This document shows, one piece after another, positions 11,940 to 25,623 of a stretch of 64,000 bases of DNA (positions within the stretch are counted from its first letter, which is position 1; every line of letters starts with the position of its first letter). Source of the DNA: Octopus bimaculoides (taxonomy: Eukaryota); contig NC_069000.1 in the NCBI RefSeq assembly GCF_001194135.2, positions 2,546,629 through 2,610,628 of the forward strand, read 5' to 3'. Made by a program: the position numbers and the translations under genes. Under the pieces are notes generated by a model. That model was not told the DNA's origin, searched no databases, and worked only from the letters and a program-made list of their open reading frames with translations.

Positions 11940-12835
11940 CGTGGGTAATACTTAACTACAATGTCCCGACGCATCTGCGTAATCCTAAGTAACCACCACT
12001 GCCTACCGAGTGTGCACTGTAAAAACATACTGTTACGCAGGTGTATCGGGACCTCTGTGTTTAAGTAGTGCCCCATCGTGTTGCACCGTGTGAAGCTACC
12101 TTTCTGCTAGTTCTTTCATTCCACGATGATACCAGTTCTTTTCCCTCGAGTGGAAGAACTTGATTTAGGCTTGCACCTCCTCCTGACTGATAAAGCGTCG
12201 CGTGTTCAGGAAATGAACTACGGGTCGGAACAAGTTGTAATCCAAGGGAAGGTATTTTGTGGCAATCCTAACTTGCATAAGCTAGGGTCAGATTCCGGGA
12301 ATAGTTTCCAAACGTGGTTATTTCTAACACAAGATGATGCACTGCGTTTGCAGGAATTAAAGGGGATAATTCATTACGAATTCATTCCGGCCGCTCCAAC
12401 CGTCGACAACAACCTGTACCTGGAACAGCTGTATGTGCAGAAAAAATATCAAGAAGGAACACTTGTACAGCAAGACAACGCAAAACCTCATACCGCTAGA
12501 ACGACCCGGAATAAATTCAAGAGGCTTGAGGAAATCTAAGTGATGCCATACCCAGCATTTTGTCCAGCCCCAGCCCCCTCCGATTATTACTTCTGATCCA
12601 TGGCTCACTTCCTGCAACGCTTCATCAACCAAGATAAGGTGGACGCTTCGGTAACGAAATTTCTTTGCCTCGAAGGAGAACTAGTATCAACATAGGATCA
12701 AAGAACTGGCAGGAAGATGGTTTTAAACGGTGTAGCAGAATACTCTTCATTCGAATACTAAGTTCCCTTTGGAACCTGACGACTAAAGGAATTAATTTAC
12801 CAACAATTTGCAAAACTTTTGATCCAAAATATTAA
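11940..12835 (+). mobile_element. Decayed mariner (DD34D-type) transposon
   Basis: VPH (WVPHEL-like) near 12070; GIIHYEFIP..TVDNNLYLEQL..QQDNAKPHTARTT..; then PYPAFCPAPAPSDYY (YSPDLAPSDY-like) and IKELAGRW. Stops and frameshifts present; TIR-like end near 12810-12835. Confidence 0.88.
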
Positions 12836-13475
12836 CACCATCTTGTTCGATATTTGCACCTGTTTTTACAAGAAATTAAATTAATAATTTTCCATGTTGT
12901 AGTCTCTTAGTTTTATCTTAGAATGTACGTGGCTTTTGTTTAATCTTTGTATGAAAATATGTCAACGTTACTCGCAAAATTTGATTAATATCGGTCTATA
13001 GTTAATAAAGCAACAAACGCTTAGGCTTTAAAAGAAAAGTCAGTTATTGTCAGGCAGAATAGTACATAAATATACATTTTATTTCTAAAATTTTGTCGTT
13101 TCCAAAACAGAATATGTTTCCACGATTCTGTGATGTTTCTCATTAAAGAAAAACCAAAAAGACAAAAAAAAAACATTGGTATACACACACAATTGTCCAT
13201 AGAGAAGATTTATGTGGTACATTTAGGCAGAGTAGATTTAATTTTGTTTGCTTTTTGTTTGCAAGGACGTTCCATAACTTTATATTTCATGTGTGTAATC
13301 CTGTAAATATATTTTAGCATTGCGGAAAAAAAAATGAAAACCGCGTTCTACTGAACGGTTTACCTGTTCGGCTCGACTTGCTTTGTGTTTGATATATTAA
13401 CACCTAACATGTTGAACAATGTTACCTGTTTTACAAATATTTAGATTAGTAGCTTTCCATGTTTTTGTCTTTTAG

Positions 13476-13484
13476 TCTGAGAAG
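13476..13484 (+). CDS. Candidate 9-nt micro-exon (S-E-K)
   Basis: CATGTTTTTGTCTTTTAG|TCTGAGAAG|GTAAGT: strong pyrimidine tract and a perfect AAG|GTAAGT donor. Confidence 0.4.
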
Positions 13485-13645
13485 GTAAGTGACTTTTATT
13501 TTATTTTAGAAAAACATTTAAGTCAATTATATTTCAACGTTTTGATTTATGTTCATTTGGACAATAATGGTGTGGAGTATGGAATGTTAACCAACAAATA
13601 TCATGGCTAAAAGAAATGGTGGAGATAACTGACCATTACCAAGAA

Positions 13646-13680
<35 letters not shown>

Positions 13681-14791
13681 GTCTATATTTCTATATATTT
13701 TGATCTCCAGAATATCATTTCCGAATTAGTATCATTTTTATTCATTCTATAATATCGGCAACAAATCTGACACCCCCCGAAAATATATGAACTAGACGCT
13801 CATAAATTTCGACTAACTAGGCGGGTTCATATTCAATACTTTCAAAGGATGTTAGAACTTTTTTTTATTTCACGTATACAAGCCTTTATTTTCCTTTTAC
13901 TATTAGTTTCAGATTTACTTGTCCAATCTTCTAATCAAATCTTTGTGAATGGATTAATCAATTAGACAGAACATATTTGGTCTTCGGCACATAAACAGCA
14001 TTTCAACTTTCAGTGAGGCTGTCCGGAAATGCAAGCATTACATGGCATCTAAGAAATAAGCTATGAACTATAAGGCTGCCTTAGATACACTGTTACTTTT
14101 ATTTTGATCACGAAATGAGTGTCAAACGTGACGTCGGTTAGATTTGAACTCCGTATGCAATGATTCGGAAAGAATATTCAAGTCATTATAGTGTTTTGTT
14201 ATTCCCATGCTATTCCAGATTGCTTACACAGAAATATTATATTCAACTCTGGATGATTAAATCACAACAGTTCTTATAGTCCATTGTTTGTATTATAGTG
14301 CATTGTCGTGCCATTCAAAACATTTTATTCTTTACAAAGAAATAAGTTCGAATAATATGGAAACACATACGCACATGTTCAGTGCCGGAAAGCCTTTCAG
14401 CTTGACATCTCACCAGCACGAATTGATAAAAGTTTAATAGCATCTACTCGTAGCCTTCACTTCTGTCAGCCCTAATTCTACTATTAGTTATTTAATTAAT
14501 ATTGATACACTAACATATATTTAGTTGCCGTTTACTAACACATGGTTGACTATGTGCTAGGACGTCTATGACGAACATATTCCGAGCTTTGTGCATCCCG
14601 TATTTCTTTCGTATATCTCTATCTCCCCACCGTTTAATATCGCTTAATATATTTGATTCGCAGGCGATTTGCTTGCACTGCACATCGAGCGGCCATTTAA
14701 AATCTCTCTTTGCTCTGTATTTGTTGACCGATATTCCCTATACGAATTGAGATTATGATAGTAATTCTTTACAATTCATTATTCATATTAG

Positions 14792-14806
14792 TCCAAACAT
14801 AGTTAT
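14792..14806 (+). CDS. Candidate 15-nt micro-exon (S-K-H-S-Y)
   Basis: TTCATTATTCATATTAG|TCCAAACATAGTTAT|GTAAGT; frame-preserving. Confidence 0.25.
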
Positions 14807-15534
14807 GTAAGTATATACCAGGTGAATGGATTCTGAATATTACGGTTTTTCCTAACGTAGAAAAAAACACCTGTCTGCTTTCTTATTTTGTTTTTCTTAC
14901 ATTGGTACACACACGAATTTCTACTGTCTGATATGTTAAGAAAAGTTTGTGGTTAGAAATCGTTAAAGTATAATACAAGAAAATTGCTCACTTACGAGTG
15001 TATGCACTTGAGAGAAGACAGAGTAGAAGATGAGAGAGGGAGAGAAATAGAAATTTTGAGAAAAAAAGAATAGAAAAATAAATATGTAGTAAACATGACA
15101 ACAATACAATATCTTTCATGTGTTTAAAAAAAATCTAGCAAGTCTAATAAATAGTTGTTCATGTAAGAAATTGCGGTATTTGTGTTAATACATAACTTAA
15201 AAGATTACCTCTTCCATTGATTTATAGACTATTCTGAAGGGTAAAAAACAATGATTAGATGAGTTATGTCTTAATTTATTTTCATTCAAAATGCTTTACA
15301 AATTCACATTTTTGGCGAAACATATAAAAAAAAAACATTGATCGTTTTTAGTATTCTTACAGTTATTTATGCTTTTATCGATCAGTATTTACTACTGTTA
15401 TTGTTATTTATTTTGTATTTGTACAGACTGTATGTTTTAAATATCATTCAGTGAGAAACGCATTTATATAACACATAAAACTGTGAAGAAATATATTGAG
15501 ATAAAAAAAGAGTAAAAATGTTTCTTGCAGTTGA

Positions 15535-15740
15535 AGGCATGGCTACGTGGTTAAGTGCTTCGTAACAACTTGACCTCCGTTTGTTACCTATTCGTAGCAA
15601 CCTAAGCAAGCGTATTCTAATCTGCTTTAAGGCCCATCAATGCATTTGCAGGGGCTGTGTCGACACAGTCTACGTATGTGTTTGTATCTGCTTCTGTGTG
15701 TAACTGCGCGTTGTCAGAACTTGGTGAAAGAAATAGGTAT
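15535..15740 (+). mobile_element. Old SINE family B head region
   Basis: GGCATGGCTACGTGGTTAAGTGCTT..CAACCTAAGCAAG resembles the head and CORE-like block of the copies at 23399-23563 and 44517. Confidence 0.55.
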
Positions 15741-16242
15741 ATGGTGTCTGTATATACCGGTGTGTGTGTATTTCTTTGTTAGTTTTAACATGATTATTAT
15801 AAATTATTACGATTAATCTAAAAACTTACTCTGTCTACACCCTTTCTCCAACTAAAACCTATTGGCATATCTCTCTATTTTTTGCCTTTTTATTATTTAT
15901 CCATCATATCCCCCCACCTGTATAAAGTATTAATCCGCCAATTGCTATTTTTGTTTAGTCTTTTACTTAACGACCCAAAGAAGTACACAAGCAAATCGGT
16001 ATGATTACAACCCTATTCAACTTTACTCTATTCTCTTCTTTATTCTTCACTCTAATGAAGCTCCTACCTTCAGATCGGAATTATTACCAAATATGGTTAA
16101 TACTTTTACATATTGTTGCATATCAATGGCAATTCCATTGGAAGCAGAAACAGCTGTTAGGTGAGATGCTGCCTATTAGCATTGAATCAATAAATAATCA
16201 TTGAGGTTAATCAGTACTTCTCCATTGTTTTCTTTACGCGCA

Positions 16243-16254
16243 CACACACACACA

Positions 16255-16330
<76 letters not shown>
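16243..16330. repeat. (AC)n microsatellite followed by degenerate (TA/CA)n
   Basis: Direct reading; explains the poly-HT and poly-CV ORFs. Confidence 0.97.
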
Positions 16331-16333
<3 letters not shown>

Positions 16334-17349
16334 GTATATATATATGCACACACACACACATATATGTGTATTTATGTATATATATATACACACACACATA
16401 TATATGTATGTATGTATATATATATATATATATATATGAGAAAGACACAGAGAAAGACACAGAGAAGGGAGAAGAGAAAGTGGGCGTAAGACAGAATTAG
16501 GAAATTATATCGTAGTGAATGATATGACTTTACAGCCCACCACCAAATATATATTTTAGTGAGATATTGTTCTACCAGAATTCATTTGTTAAGAGACCAA
16601 TTCACGTATGGAATATGCATCAGTTACTTTTTCTGGCAGTAATGGATGGCAAGAAACGGGGTTTTTGTATTAGTTTTACATCAATCATCTACAAATGCAA
16701 ATATTACTGACAGCTGGCTTTTATTGACACAATACTCAAAGTAGACATATATATCCTATTTATAAAGCCATCTGAACCATTCAATTAGTTGATTAATTTG
16801 ATTGGTTTGAAGTATAATAATTAATCTTCTATCATCATCCTGTTTTCGACAAGTTGTATGCTATTTACAGTTGCACAGTTAGCAGTTGCACAACATTCTT
16901 CTATCCTTGGGCTTTTAAGGGATCTCTGTTTCTATACCACCTCAGATTTGAATTTTTTGTCGTGTCTGATTTGTTGTTTATAGATATACATGTTGTATTT
17001 TTTATGTTGGATATGTGTAATATATATGTGGGTCTGTAATGCGAATTCTGTTCCGTATGGCAGCGTGCATGGCAGAATGTGTTTTTGTGTTGAGTAATAA
17101 TTGACGAGATAACATGCACTGTGGGAGGTGGTGTTTTATGTTAAATACAACCAAATATGTAGAATGTGATTTCTGTAAAATATTGATATTATAATGTCAG
17201 GTGTCGAATATAAAGGTTTACCCCTTCTGTTGTATAAACTGGGTATTGATTATGTAGAATATTTGTGGTGTCAATCCCTTGTTGCTGACATCGTGTTGTA
17301 CGCGTTGTTTGATGTCAGTTTTTTTCTTTACAATAGTTCAAAGTAGGAA

Positions 17350-17551
17350 GGCGGCGAGGTGGCAAAATCTTTCGCATGCCTGACGAAATATCGGTATTTC
17401 ATCTGCCGCTACGTTCTGAGTTCAAATTTCGCCGGGGTCAACTTTGCCTTTCATCTTTTCGGGGTCAATTAAACAAGAACCAGTTACGCACTGGGGTCGA
17501 TGTTATTCACTAACCCCTCCCCCAAATTTCAGACTTATTGTAGAAATGATT
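17350..17551 (+). mobile_element. SINE family A, near full length
   Basis: GGCGGCGAGGTGGCAAAATC head, TTCTGAGTTCAAATTTCGCC B-box, GGTCAACTTTGCCTTTCATC core, CACTGGGGTCGATG and a 3' tail. Confidence 0.9.
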
Positions 17552-18889
17552 TTAGTTCACAGTACATGAGCGAAGTATTGTGGTTTGGGGATTAATTCAC
17601 GGTCACGAAATCAATCTTTCTATCCTTGGACCGGGTGATACTATATTCCAGCTAATTGTTGACGGAGATCAACCATCTACCAATAGAATTTGGACACTTG
17701 CTTTATAACTGGGTAGAATATACATATACCTTTACAAGTTAACAGATGTAACTAGGCCTATTTCACTTCAAGAAGATTCAAATTGTATGGCTCCCTCCAT
17801 TTTTCTAAAGCTCGTAACTTCTATTTGCCGTTACCTTTTCTACTATTTTCTTGTTTCTCTATTTCCCCTTCACTCTTGTATTCTGTAACTAGTTGCTTCC
17901 CTAAAGTTTTCATAATAATGAACAGAACCGAACGTTTGCCTACACATAATTCATTAGCTTTTGCTGAATTCAGCTTTTCTTACTTAATAAAGAATATATA
18001 AAATTGACGTACAGATAGAACCAATCGTACATACATTCAGTATACATATGTATGTTTATACATATGTAAAATCTAAATGTATATGTATGCTTATCTAGTA
18101 TTTAATACATACGCAAACATAATCCAAACAAACGTGATTAAATAGTCATTCACTGTTAAAGACACACTGCAAGGCATATTATTAAAGTAGTAATATCTTT
18201 CCAATAAGAAATTTTGATTAGTTTTCATTTTTTCATTATTGGTTTTCTTTAAATTCTAAATTGTGCAGGTGTTAGTCTATTCTTAAATAGTCTTAATCAT
18301 TTATACGGAAAATAATTATTACTAGTAAATGCTACTAGGAATTAGTATTCAAACAAATAATGCTTTAGGAATACAGAAGAGTTCGAATACAAGATCTTAT
18401 TTCCATCTCATTGATAATCCTAAATGTTGTTAACCAGTCGTTCTGCCTCAACAATCATCCCTCTTTTATAAGAGCTTTGACTAAAGACAAAAAAAAAAAA
18501 AATAGTTACATGTTTCACAACGCAAATTTATATTTACAAAGAGGTTTTTGAGTAATTTGCAGATTCTTGTAAAGAAAGCCAAGAGGTTTTCAAAGGCAAG
18601 TTGGCTGCTATTTCCTTTTGCAACATATTCATTGGTGACTGAAATTTATAAATATACACATGTACGTGTAATATTTTGCATAAATGCTTAAGTGTAGAAG
18701 TCTGCAATGAATGTTAAGAAACGACCAATATTCTGTATTTTTCTCTCTTCTATATTTCGGCGTTCATGTGTGATGTATATAGGTGTTGGTGATCATAAGC
18801 ATTCACTGAATCATCTTGTTAAAGATGTAAAATTGGTTCTCTCTTGCCCTCTACCAGTTCATTTACAGTCTACGCTTCTTGTTCTTTAG

Positions 18890-18901
18890 CCAACCCAAAA
18901 C
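18890..18901 (+). CDS. Candidate 12-nt micro-exon (P-T-Q-N)
   Basis: GCTTCTTGTTCTTTAG|CCAACCCAAAAC|GTAGGT; frame-preserving. Adjacent to a decayed SINE-like tail, so it may be fortuitous. Confidence 0.25.
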
Positions 18902-19807
18902 GTAGGTCATAGTGTGCTGGCTAGGCAGAAATACTTGTTCATTAGACAACAAGCTGGTGGGGTTTCGTGAGAGTCCGATATCACTTCACGGCAATTTAGA
19001 AAATATTCGCCAATCGTGCCTTAATTTAGTCAGTAGCATTGCGAATCAAATTTACTCTAGCGCGGTCATAGTCTAATAACTAAAGACAGTGAAATAACAG
19101 TCATACATATGTCTGTCTGTCTGTCTGTCTGTCTTAATTGTGAATATATACGTAATGTGTATGTTTGTATAAATATATGTTGACACACACACGCTCATAT
19201 ATATTATATATATATTTGCATGTGTATGTATATATGCGTGTGTGTGTATGTATATATTTTTATTAATTTATGTGTGTGTTTGTGTGTGTATTAATATATA
19301 TTTATAGAGAGAATGTGAGAAGACATCTACATGTCATGCAACAAGGAACGAGATGGATGAATTCAGTGTTGCAGACGTAGAGAAGTAAAATTAAATTGGT
19401 ACATCAGAATGCTCGAGAATTACAATTGGAACTTACTTGTCGAAAATAAAATAAAGGCCGCTACAGCTGGAATTAAAATATGTTTTTAGTAACATTCGCA
19501 GCATGTGTTGAAAATCCCAGACAAGAACGTGACAGAATTGGACACACATTTATAACACAGCACTGGGGAAACTGTCAGATAAAAAATTAATAACGAAGAC
19601 AGTTATAGGAGACCGGATTCTCAACAAATGAATGTTCCGTGAAGAATATATTGCTATATGGCAAATCGGAGCCACTGGATAGACGCTTGGAAACATGTTT
19701 AGACATTACAATGGAAGACGATGAGGGAAAATATATAATTATATCTGTGGTTCGTCAATGACAATAAAAAGTATACATGGACTATGGGGTAGTGCCAGAA
19801 ATGGAAA

Positions 19808-19840
<33 letters not shown>

Positions 19841-19863
19841 CTATCTCTTTCTTCCTCTCCCTT

Positions 19864-19938
<75 letters not shown>

Positions 19939-20170
19939 NNNNNNNNNNNNNNNNNNNNNNNNNNNNNNNNNNNNNNNNNNNNNNNNNNNNNNNNNNNNNN
20001 NNNNNNNNNNNNNNNNNNNNNNNNNNNNNNNNNNNNNNNNNNNNNNNNNNNNNNNNNNNNNNNNNNNNNNNNNNNNNNNNNNNNNNNNNNNNNNNNNNNN
20101 NNNNNNNNNNNNNNNNNNTCTCTCTCTCTCTCTTTCTCTTTCTCTCTGTCTCTCTCTATGTGTGTGTGTG

Positions 20171-20347
20171 GCATGGAAGGTGTTTATAAGACATTTAAAA
20201 ACACAAAAGCCGTGAGCATAGAATTTTGTCAGTGAACAGGTCGTGGCTTCAAACCGATGAAAATATTTTTTCAAATTAAATTTAGATGTTGAAGTGAATC
20301 TAACGGTTTCTGTGTGTTTTTAAATGGCTTATAAACACCTTCCACGC
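20171..20347. mobile_element. MITE with about 40-bp terminal inverted repeats (Tc1/mariner-like)
   Basis: Left GCATGGAAGGTGTTTATAAGACATTTAAAAACACA; the right arm reverse-complements to GCGTGGAAGGTGTTTATAAGCCATTTAAAAACACA. Confidence 0.9.
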
Positions 20348-20663
20348 TTCAATAGTTTTCGTTCCAGCTCCCCATCTCATATCACGTCACTTGCTATGCA
20401 AGTACATCTCCGTAATATATATATACACACGTGTGTGTATATCAGTGACAGAAGTAGTGTTAATGCCAATGAGTAATATTTATATCCAACTTAACAGTAG
20501 ATGTAATGTTAGTGCCAAGTAATGCATTAGTTACCTTGAGAAGAGGTTTCGTGTAGCCGCATGGTCCATAACAGCAAGCAAATTTGTACATATGGAAGAC
20601 GAGTGTTGTCTCCTGTGGGTGGACGGCTGAACTCTTGATTTCGACGTCTCCCTTTCTCTATAG

Positions 20664-20677
20664 TGGCAAAATCTCAG
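20664..20677 (+). CDS. Candidate 14-nt micro-exon (W-Q-N-L-R)
   Basis: TCTCCCTTTCTCTATAG|TGGCAAAATCTCAG|GTAGGC; its 2-nt overhang completes the frame of the 55-nt segment at 26068. Confidence 0.33.
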
Positions 20678-21867
20678 GTAGGCACATACATCCAAATCTC
20701 AGTGCCAACGCTATGTGGAATTTCATTGACCATTCAGACACTGATGTCGCAAATAGCTCTGTATGTCTGTTTGTGCCTGCCTGCCTGCCTGCTCGGTAGT
20801 TGTAATGCATTCCGTTCTTGCCGACAACTGTTCAACAGAGGAAGGTGTACAAGATCTTTTCATAAAACGAAACACAAATTGCATCACGTAATCATAAACT
20901 GATACGATACTGCAAATGCAAATAAAATGAAACCTGACGCATCAGAGGCGAGTGAGTTCTACGACTTTGTAGTGAGAAATGTTCTAAAGAAACATAGAAA
21001 GCGTAGAAAGGTTATCGATTGCTTAGCTAAACTGCAGCATTAATGTTGGCTGAAAACTTCACAGGAGATGCCTTTCAGTGAAATATGAGGGTCACGCATT
21101 TGACCACAACTTGCTACCGTTGTGACAAAGTATTCGTTATGATTAAAGTTTTCATAGAGCTAGACACGTTCATAGCAACAAAATCTATTTAAATCTACAA
21201 TACATTCCAATCGACATGAGGTTTGTCCAATAACATTTTATGTCTAAGTTTAACATAGTGCCATATTAAATGTAATCCTGGAACTTTTGTTTCAAAACTA
21301 AGAGTGGTAAGTAATTTACCGATTTAGGCTCCTGGCATACGCAAAGTTGCCCACGACTTAAAACCCGCAAAAATTATTTTCGTATTAACATGAACTCTTC
21401 TAAATATATCTGTAAGCTGATATCACCATGTGTCTTAGCTTCTTCATTATTTTCCCCAGAGAAAATTAACTATCTGAAGAGCTAAAGTTTTCAGTGTTCC
21501 GACAAACCAATCCTTTATCTTAGAACTGTTTTTAAATATCCAAGGTGGGAATCAAGTACAAGGAGTTTACCATTCTCATGGTGTTTCATATGACCCATAG
21601 TTGAGATGTATTTCAGATTAAACATTCAAAAACTAAGAATGAGCAATGAAATGAGCTGAAATATCTCTTAAATCCTTTTATAGTATTCTCAATGAATAAT
21701 TCTTTAAAGCCAAACTTGTCCATAAACATTTTCCATTAGTATTCTTTCTAATGTGACTTGAACACATATGTACCAACACTGGCCTCTATTATATAAATCA
21801 GGTATACATAAGTCATATATCGATATATAACATATATGAATAATTAACTATAAATATCGCAAGATAC

Positions 21868-21905
<38 letters not shown>

Positions 21906-22851
21906 ACAGTTTTATGGTCAGCTTTATGAGAATGTGTTAGAATTAATCAACATTTTGTTATATTCTCAAAAATATTTTTCTTTCCGAAAGAAATATCAAG
22001 AATGAAAAGAAGTTTCTATTTTGAAATGAATTAATAACTGAATATTTTATAGAAATTCTTACTTACTGAATACGTTCAACAATCTAAGACGAAATAAAAC
22101 ACTACACGAGAATAACAGAATAGTCAAATAACTTTAACAATTTCACTCGTTTCAAGGTGAATGCGTTACAAATACTATACTTGAGAAATAGAAAACCAAA
22201 TATATACAAATACATGTTTCCTTTGCATTTTCAAAAATAGTTTGCTTTGAGCAGAATTTCTGCTTAACAAAGCATATTCACATTTATATATTATTTTTAT
22301 GAAAATATACTTTTCTTGGAAATATATAACTTTCAGTATGTGTTATATTACTGTAATAGCTTCCATTTTATTCCGTCTAATTTAGGTAATATATTTCGAG
22401 AACTATATAAATCGTTAAATTTTATAAAACATTTCTATAACTTTCTAAGATTTTGTTTTGTGGATGTGTCTCTTCCCCTTTAGTCAACTGGGGAATTTTT
22501 ATTCTAAACTTTTTTAATATTTCTTATATTTTAAAATTTACGATAACTGAATACGCAAAATACCATTGAGAAAAGAACAGCTATAAATCATACACCAATA
22601 GCAATGAAATATTTCAATGAATACATCAAAACATTAACAAAAATTTTGTTTTTCAGGATTCAATGTTTATTTCAGAATTGGGTTTACAAACGAAGGAAAA
22701 CAAGGAGGAAGAGATAAGAATAAGGGGAAAAACTTTGGAAGGAGGTGAAAGGGGAAGGACAATAGAATAAACTTTCCAAGACATGCAGCTATATAGAGAC
22801 ATAATCAACCAAACAATATTCAATAAAATGGACCCCGAAATAGGTGCTTGC

Positions 22852-22908
<57 letters not shown>

Positions 22909-23341
22909 GCGAAGTGTTTATGTGTATATATTATAAAAATACGTATGTTTATGCATATGTGTGTACAACTATATATACATATAGATATATATGTATGTAT
23001 ATTTGTGTGTGCTGTATATTATGAAATTTCATTACGTTTATTTCATTGTGCAAATAAAAAATTTTAATTTTTGAAAGAATCACTTTGCAAAATTCAATAT
23101 ATATTTCCACAACATATGTGAATTTTGGAACACTGCAAAGTTTTATATAGAGAAAGTTTATGCTACATCTTTGACTTTGGTAATAGCTGAAAAATATTTA
23201 TCAATAAGGGACACCTTCACACAATCATTTTAATATTTAATACTTATGAGATGCACCGATGATATTTTTTATCGTATATACACCGATGTATCGCACACTT
23301 CATATCACACTTGTTTCTATATTTATATAGTACTATACATG

Positions 23342-23398
<57 letters not shown>

Positions 23399-23401
<3 letters not shown>

Positions 23402-23563
23402 ACGGGCTTCTTTCAGTTTCCGTCTACCAAATCCACATACAAGGCTTTGGTCGCCCCGAGGCTATAGTAGAAGGCACTTGCCCAAGGTGCCACACAGTGA
23501 GACTGAACCCGGCACCATGTTGCTCGTAAGCAGGCGACTTACCACACAGCCACTCTTAGGCCT
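23399..23563 (-). mobile_element. SINE family B (tRNA head plus CORE-like domain), well preserved 5' half
   Basis: Reverse complement: GAGTGGCTGTGTGGTAAG..GGGTTCAGTC..GGCACCTTGGGCAAGTG..GGTAGACGGAAACTGAAAGAAGCCCGTC followed by (TA)n. Confidence 0.92.
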
Positions 23564-24060
23564 ATTCATGTATAGTTGAACTTTACAGAAACACAAAAGA
23601 TGAAGGCAGGTGTATAAACAACAAGCAGGTGTATTAGTTTGACGCACTGGAAGGTGAGAAAATCTTTTACGTGTGTATACTTATAAATTATGCATGTAAA
23701 ATTCATTTACATATAGCCTCAAAAATATCATGAACAAGGAATGTCAAAGTTCACCGGCTTTCCTTGCGAGAGTGGCGAATGGAAATATTTTTTCTAGCAC
23801 ATTCACCCAATTTCCACTTTTTTCATTTAAACATTTCTAAACACGGGGACCACGAGGATATTTTAGAGAAATATATTGACTAATGTCACGCTCTTTCGAG
23901 ATTTCGCCATTGCAGCATAAATATATGCATGCATAATTATATGCATACACACACACATTTAACTTGAATAGAACGTTGTTTTATATTAACATATTTTAGT
24001 TTTCTTAAGCGAAAACTAAGTGAATCTTAAGAAATAATACAAGTCAATGGTTTTTACTTG

Positions 24061-24100
24061 TAACAATGTCTCGGGGTCAGGAACCCTTCTTCAGAGAGTT
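24061..24100 (-). ncRNA. Decayed Penelope-type hammerhead-like motif
   Basis: Minus strand CTGAAGA-A-GGG-ttcctga-CCCC-GAGA-CA-TT versus the canonical CTGAAGAAG..CGAAACGTT; two core substitutions. Confidence 0.4.
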
Positions 24101-24224
24101 TTCGAGAAATGTTGCTCTAAGCGCCAAATATTTCCTCAAGAATGGCTCTTAACCCTGAATATTGAAATGCAAGTTAAAAGTACAAACCTTCGACTTTATA
24201 TACATATATATGTATATATACATA

Positions 24225-24264
<40 letters not shown>

Positions 24265-25554
24265 CACACGCACGCTCGCGCGCGTATATATATATGTTCA
24301 TACATACATGTATACACGCACACATATATACAACTTGCATTGTTTTGGCTTCTAAAAGCACCTTTTATATTTGTGCATGGGATGTCGATTATAATCTAAA
24401 CAAATACCTTGCAAATGAATTATTGAAATTAAATTCTGTTTGAGATAAAAAAAAACAAAAAAACAAATACAACTGGTGGCAGGTAATCTCATGTCAGAAG
24501 CATATTTTATCTCGGATGTCGAAGAAAATTCAACAAAATTTTTATGCCTTATATGAATTGAAATTCTGATTGTCTTGAGATAAGAGGGTCATTACGGGTG
24601 CGCGTTTCAGCATTCATTTTCGTATTTATATGCAGATTCCTCTTGGCCATATTCATTTTTCGACTGTATTTCCATTTGCCAAAATATGTGCTCAGCGGAA
24701 ATCAAGGTAGTGCTGTGTTTATGTAAATGACGCCCATTCAGTCAGAAATACATCATCACAGCTGCCCTCTTGATTCCAGTAAATCAGGCTGACTTTTTAT
24801 TCATAAGTCAAAAATTTTGAAGAATTATTCAGTCTGAGAATATTTTGTATATGGACACTCACAACCATCGACTCCCCATGGATACATATATCTGTGTTTG
24901 TAGGCAATTCAAAGAACAAACAATTAAAAAAGAGAAAACGATAAAAAAAACCAACGTGCGGACTAGCACAAGCCATATATTAATTTGACGCTCGGTGAAA
25001 GTAGAGAGTTGTTAACTTTTCGAGCATAGATCTTCGTAGGAAAGAGAAGGGGGGTGAATTGTTGATATATTTTCCACACTCTAATTGTGTGCTTGTACAC
25101 ACACACGCACGCACACGGGAGGCGAATATCTCAATTCGCATACTACATTATTATTGGAAAAGAATCTTTCCAATAGTAAGAATTTCTTCCTATAATAATG
25201 TCGTTTACGACTTGAGATGTTTGCCTTGCCTTGATGTTTGTTGTCCGCTGTAACAATTATATATCCGCTGCATCGGAAATCTAGGATGGCTCCATAACTC
25301 CCGTCACGGATATAACCTTGGGGCCCCAGTAATCCGTTACAACACTCCCCTAGCGTACCTAATCGTTTAGATCACCTGTGAACTATATCCCGATACTTTG
25401 TGTGATTATATATATATTTATATATTGTGCGTGTGAGAGAGAGAGACAATATTGGAGATAGTAAAAGTTTCTATAGGTGAATTACTATATCAGTATGGGT
25501 GTGTACCAATTACCCTGTAAATATTACGCGTGTACATGTGTTCACACGTATATA

Positions 25555-25623
<69 letters not shown>

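Noticed and set aside
12150-12250. Apparent exon EELDLGLHLLLTDKASRVQEMNYGSEQVVIQGK
   Set aside because: It lies inside the mariner remnant, between the WVPH-like and DNAxPH motifs.
14996-15006. Minus-strand 11-nt AG/GTAAGT micro-exon look-alike (others at 50367-50371 and near 60285)
   Set aside because: Isolated with no coherent chain; recorded as evidence that such patterns arise by chance, which limits confidence in the + strand model.
16850-17330. TG-rich tract resembling a decayed retroelement
   Set aside because: No diagnostic RT or endonuclease motif could be read.
19320-19700. NIRSM-like start suggesting a LINE endonuclease
   Set aside because: A single short motif with no collinear support.
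21259-21306. 48-nt segment CHIKCNPGTFVSKLRV with a GTAAGT donor
   Set aside because: Weak acceptor, and it introduces a stop when placed in the frame of the neighbouring candidates.
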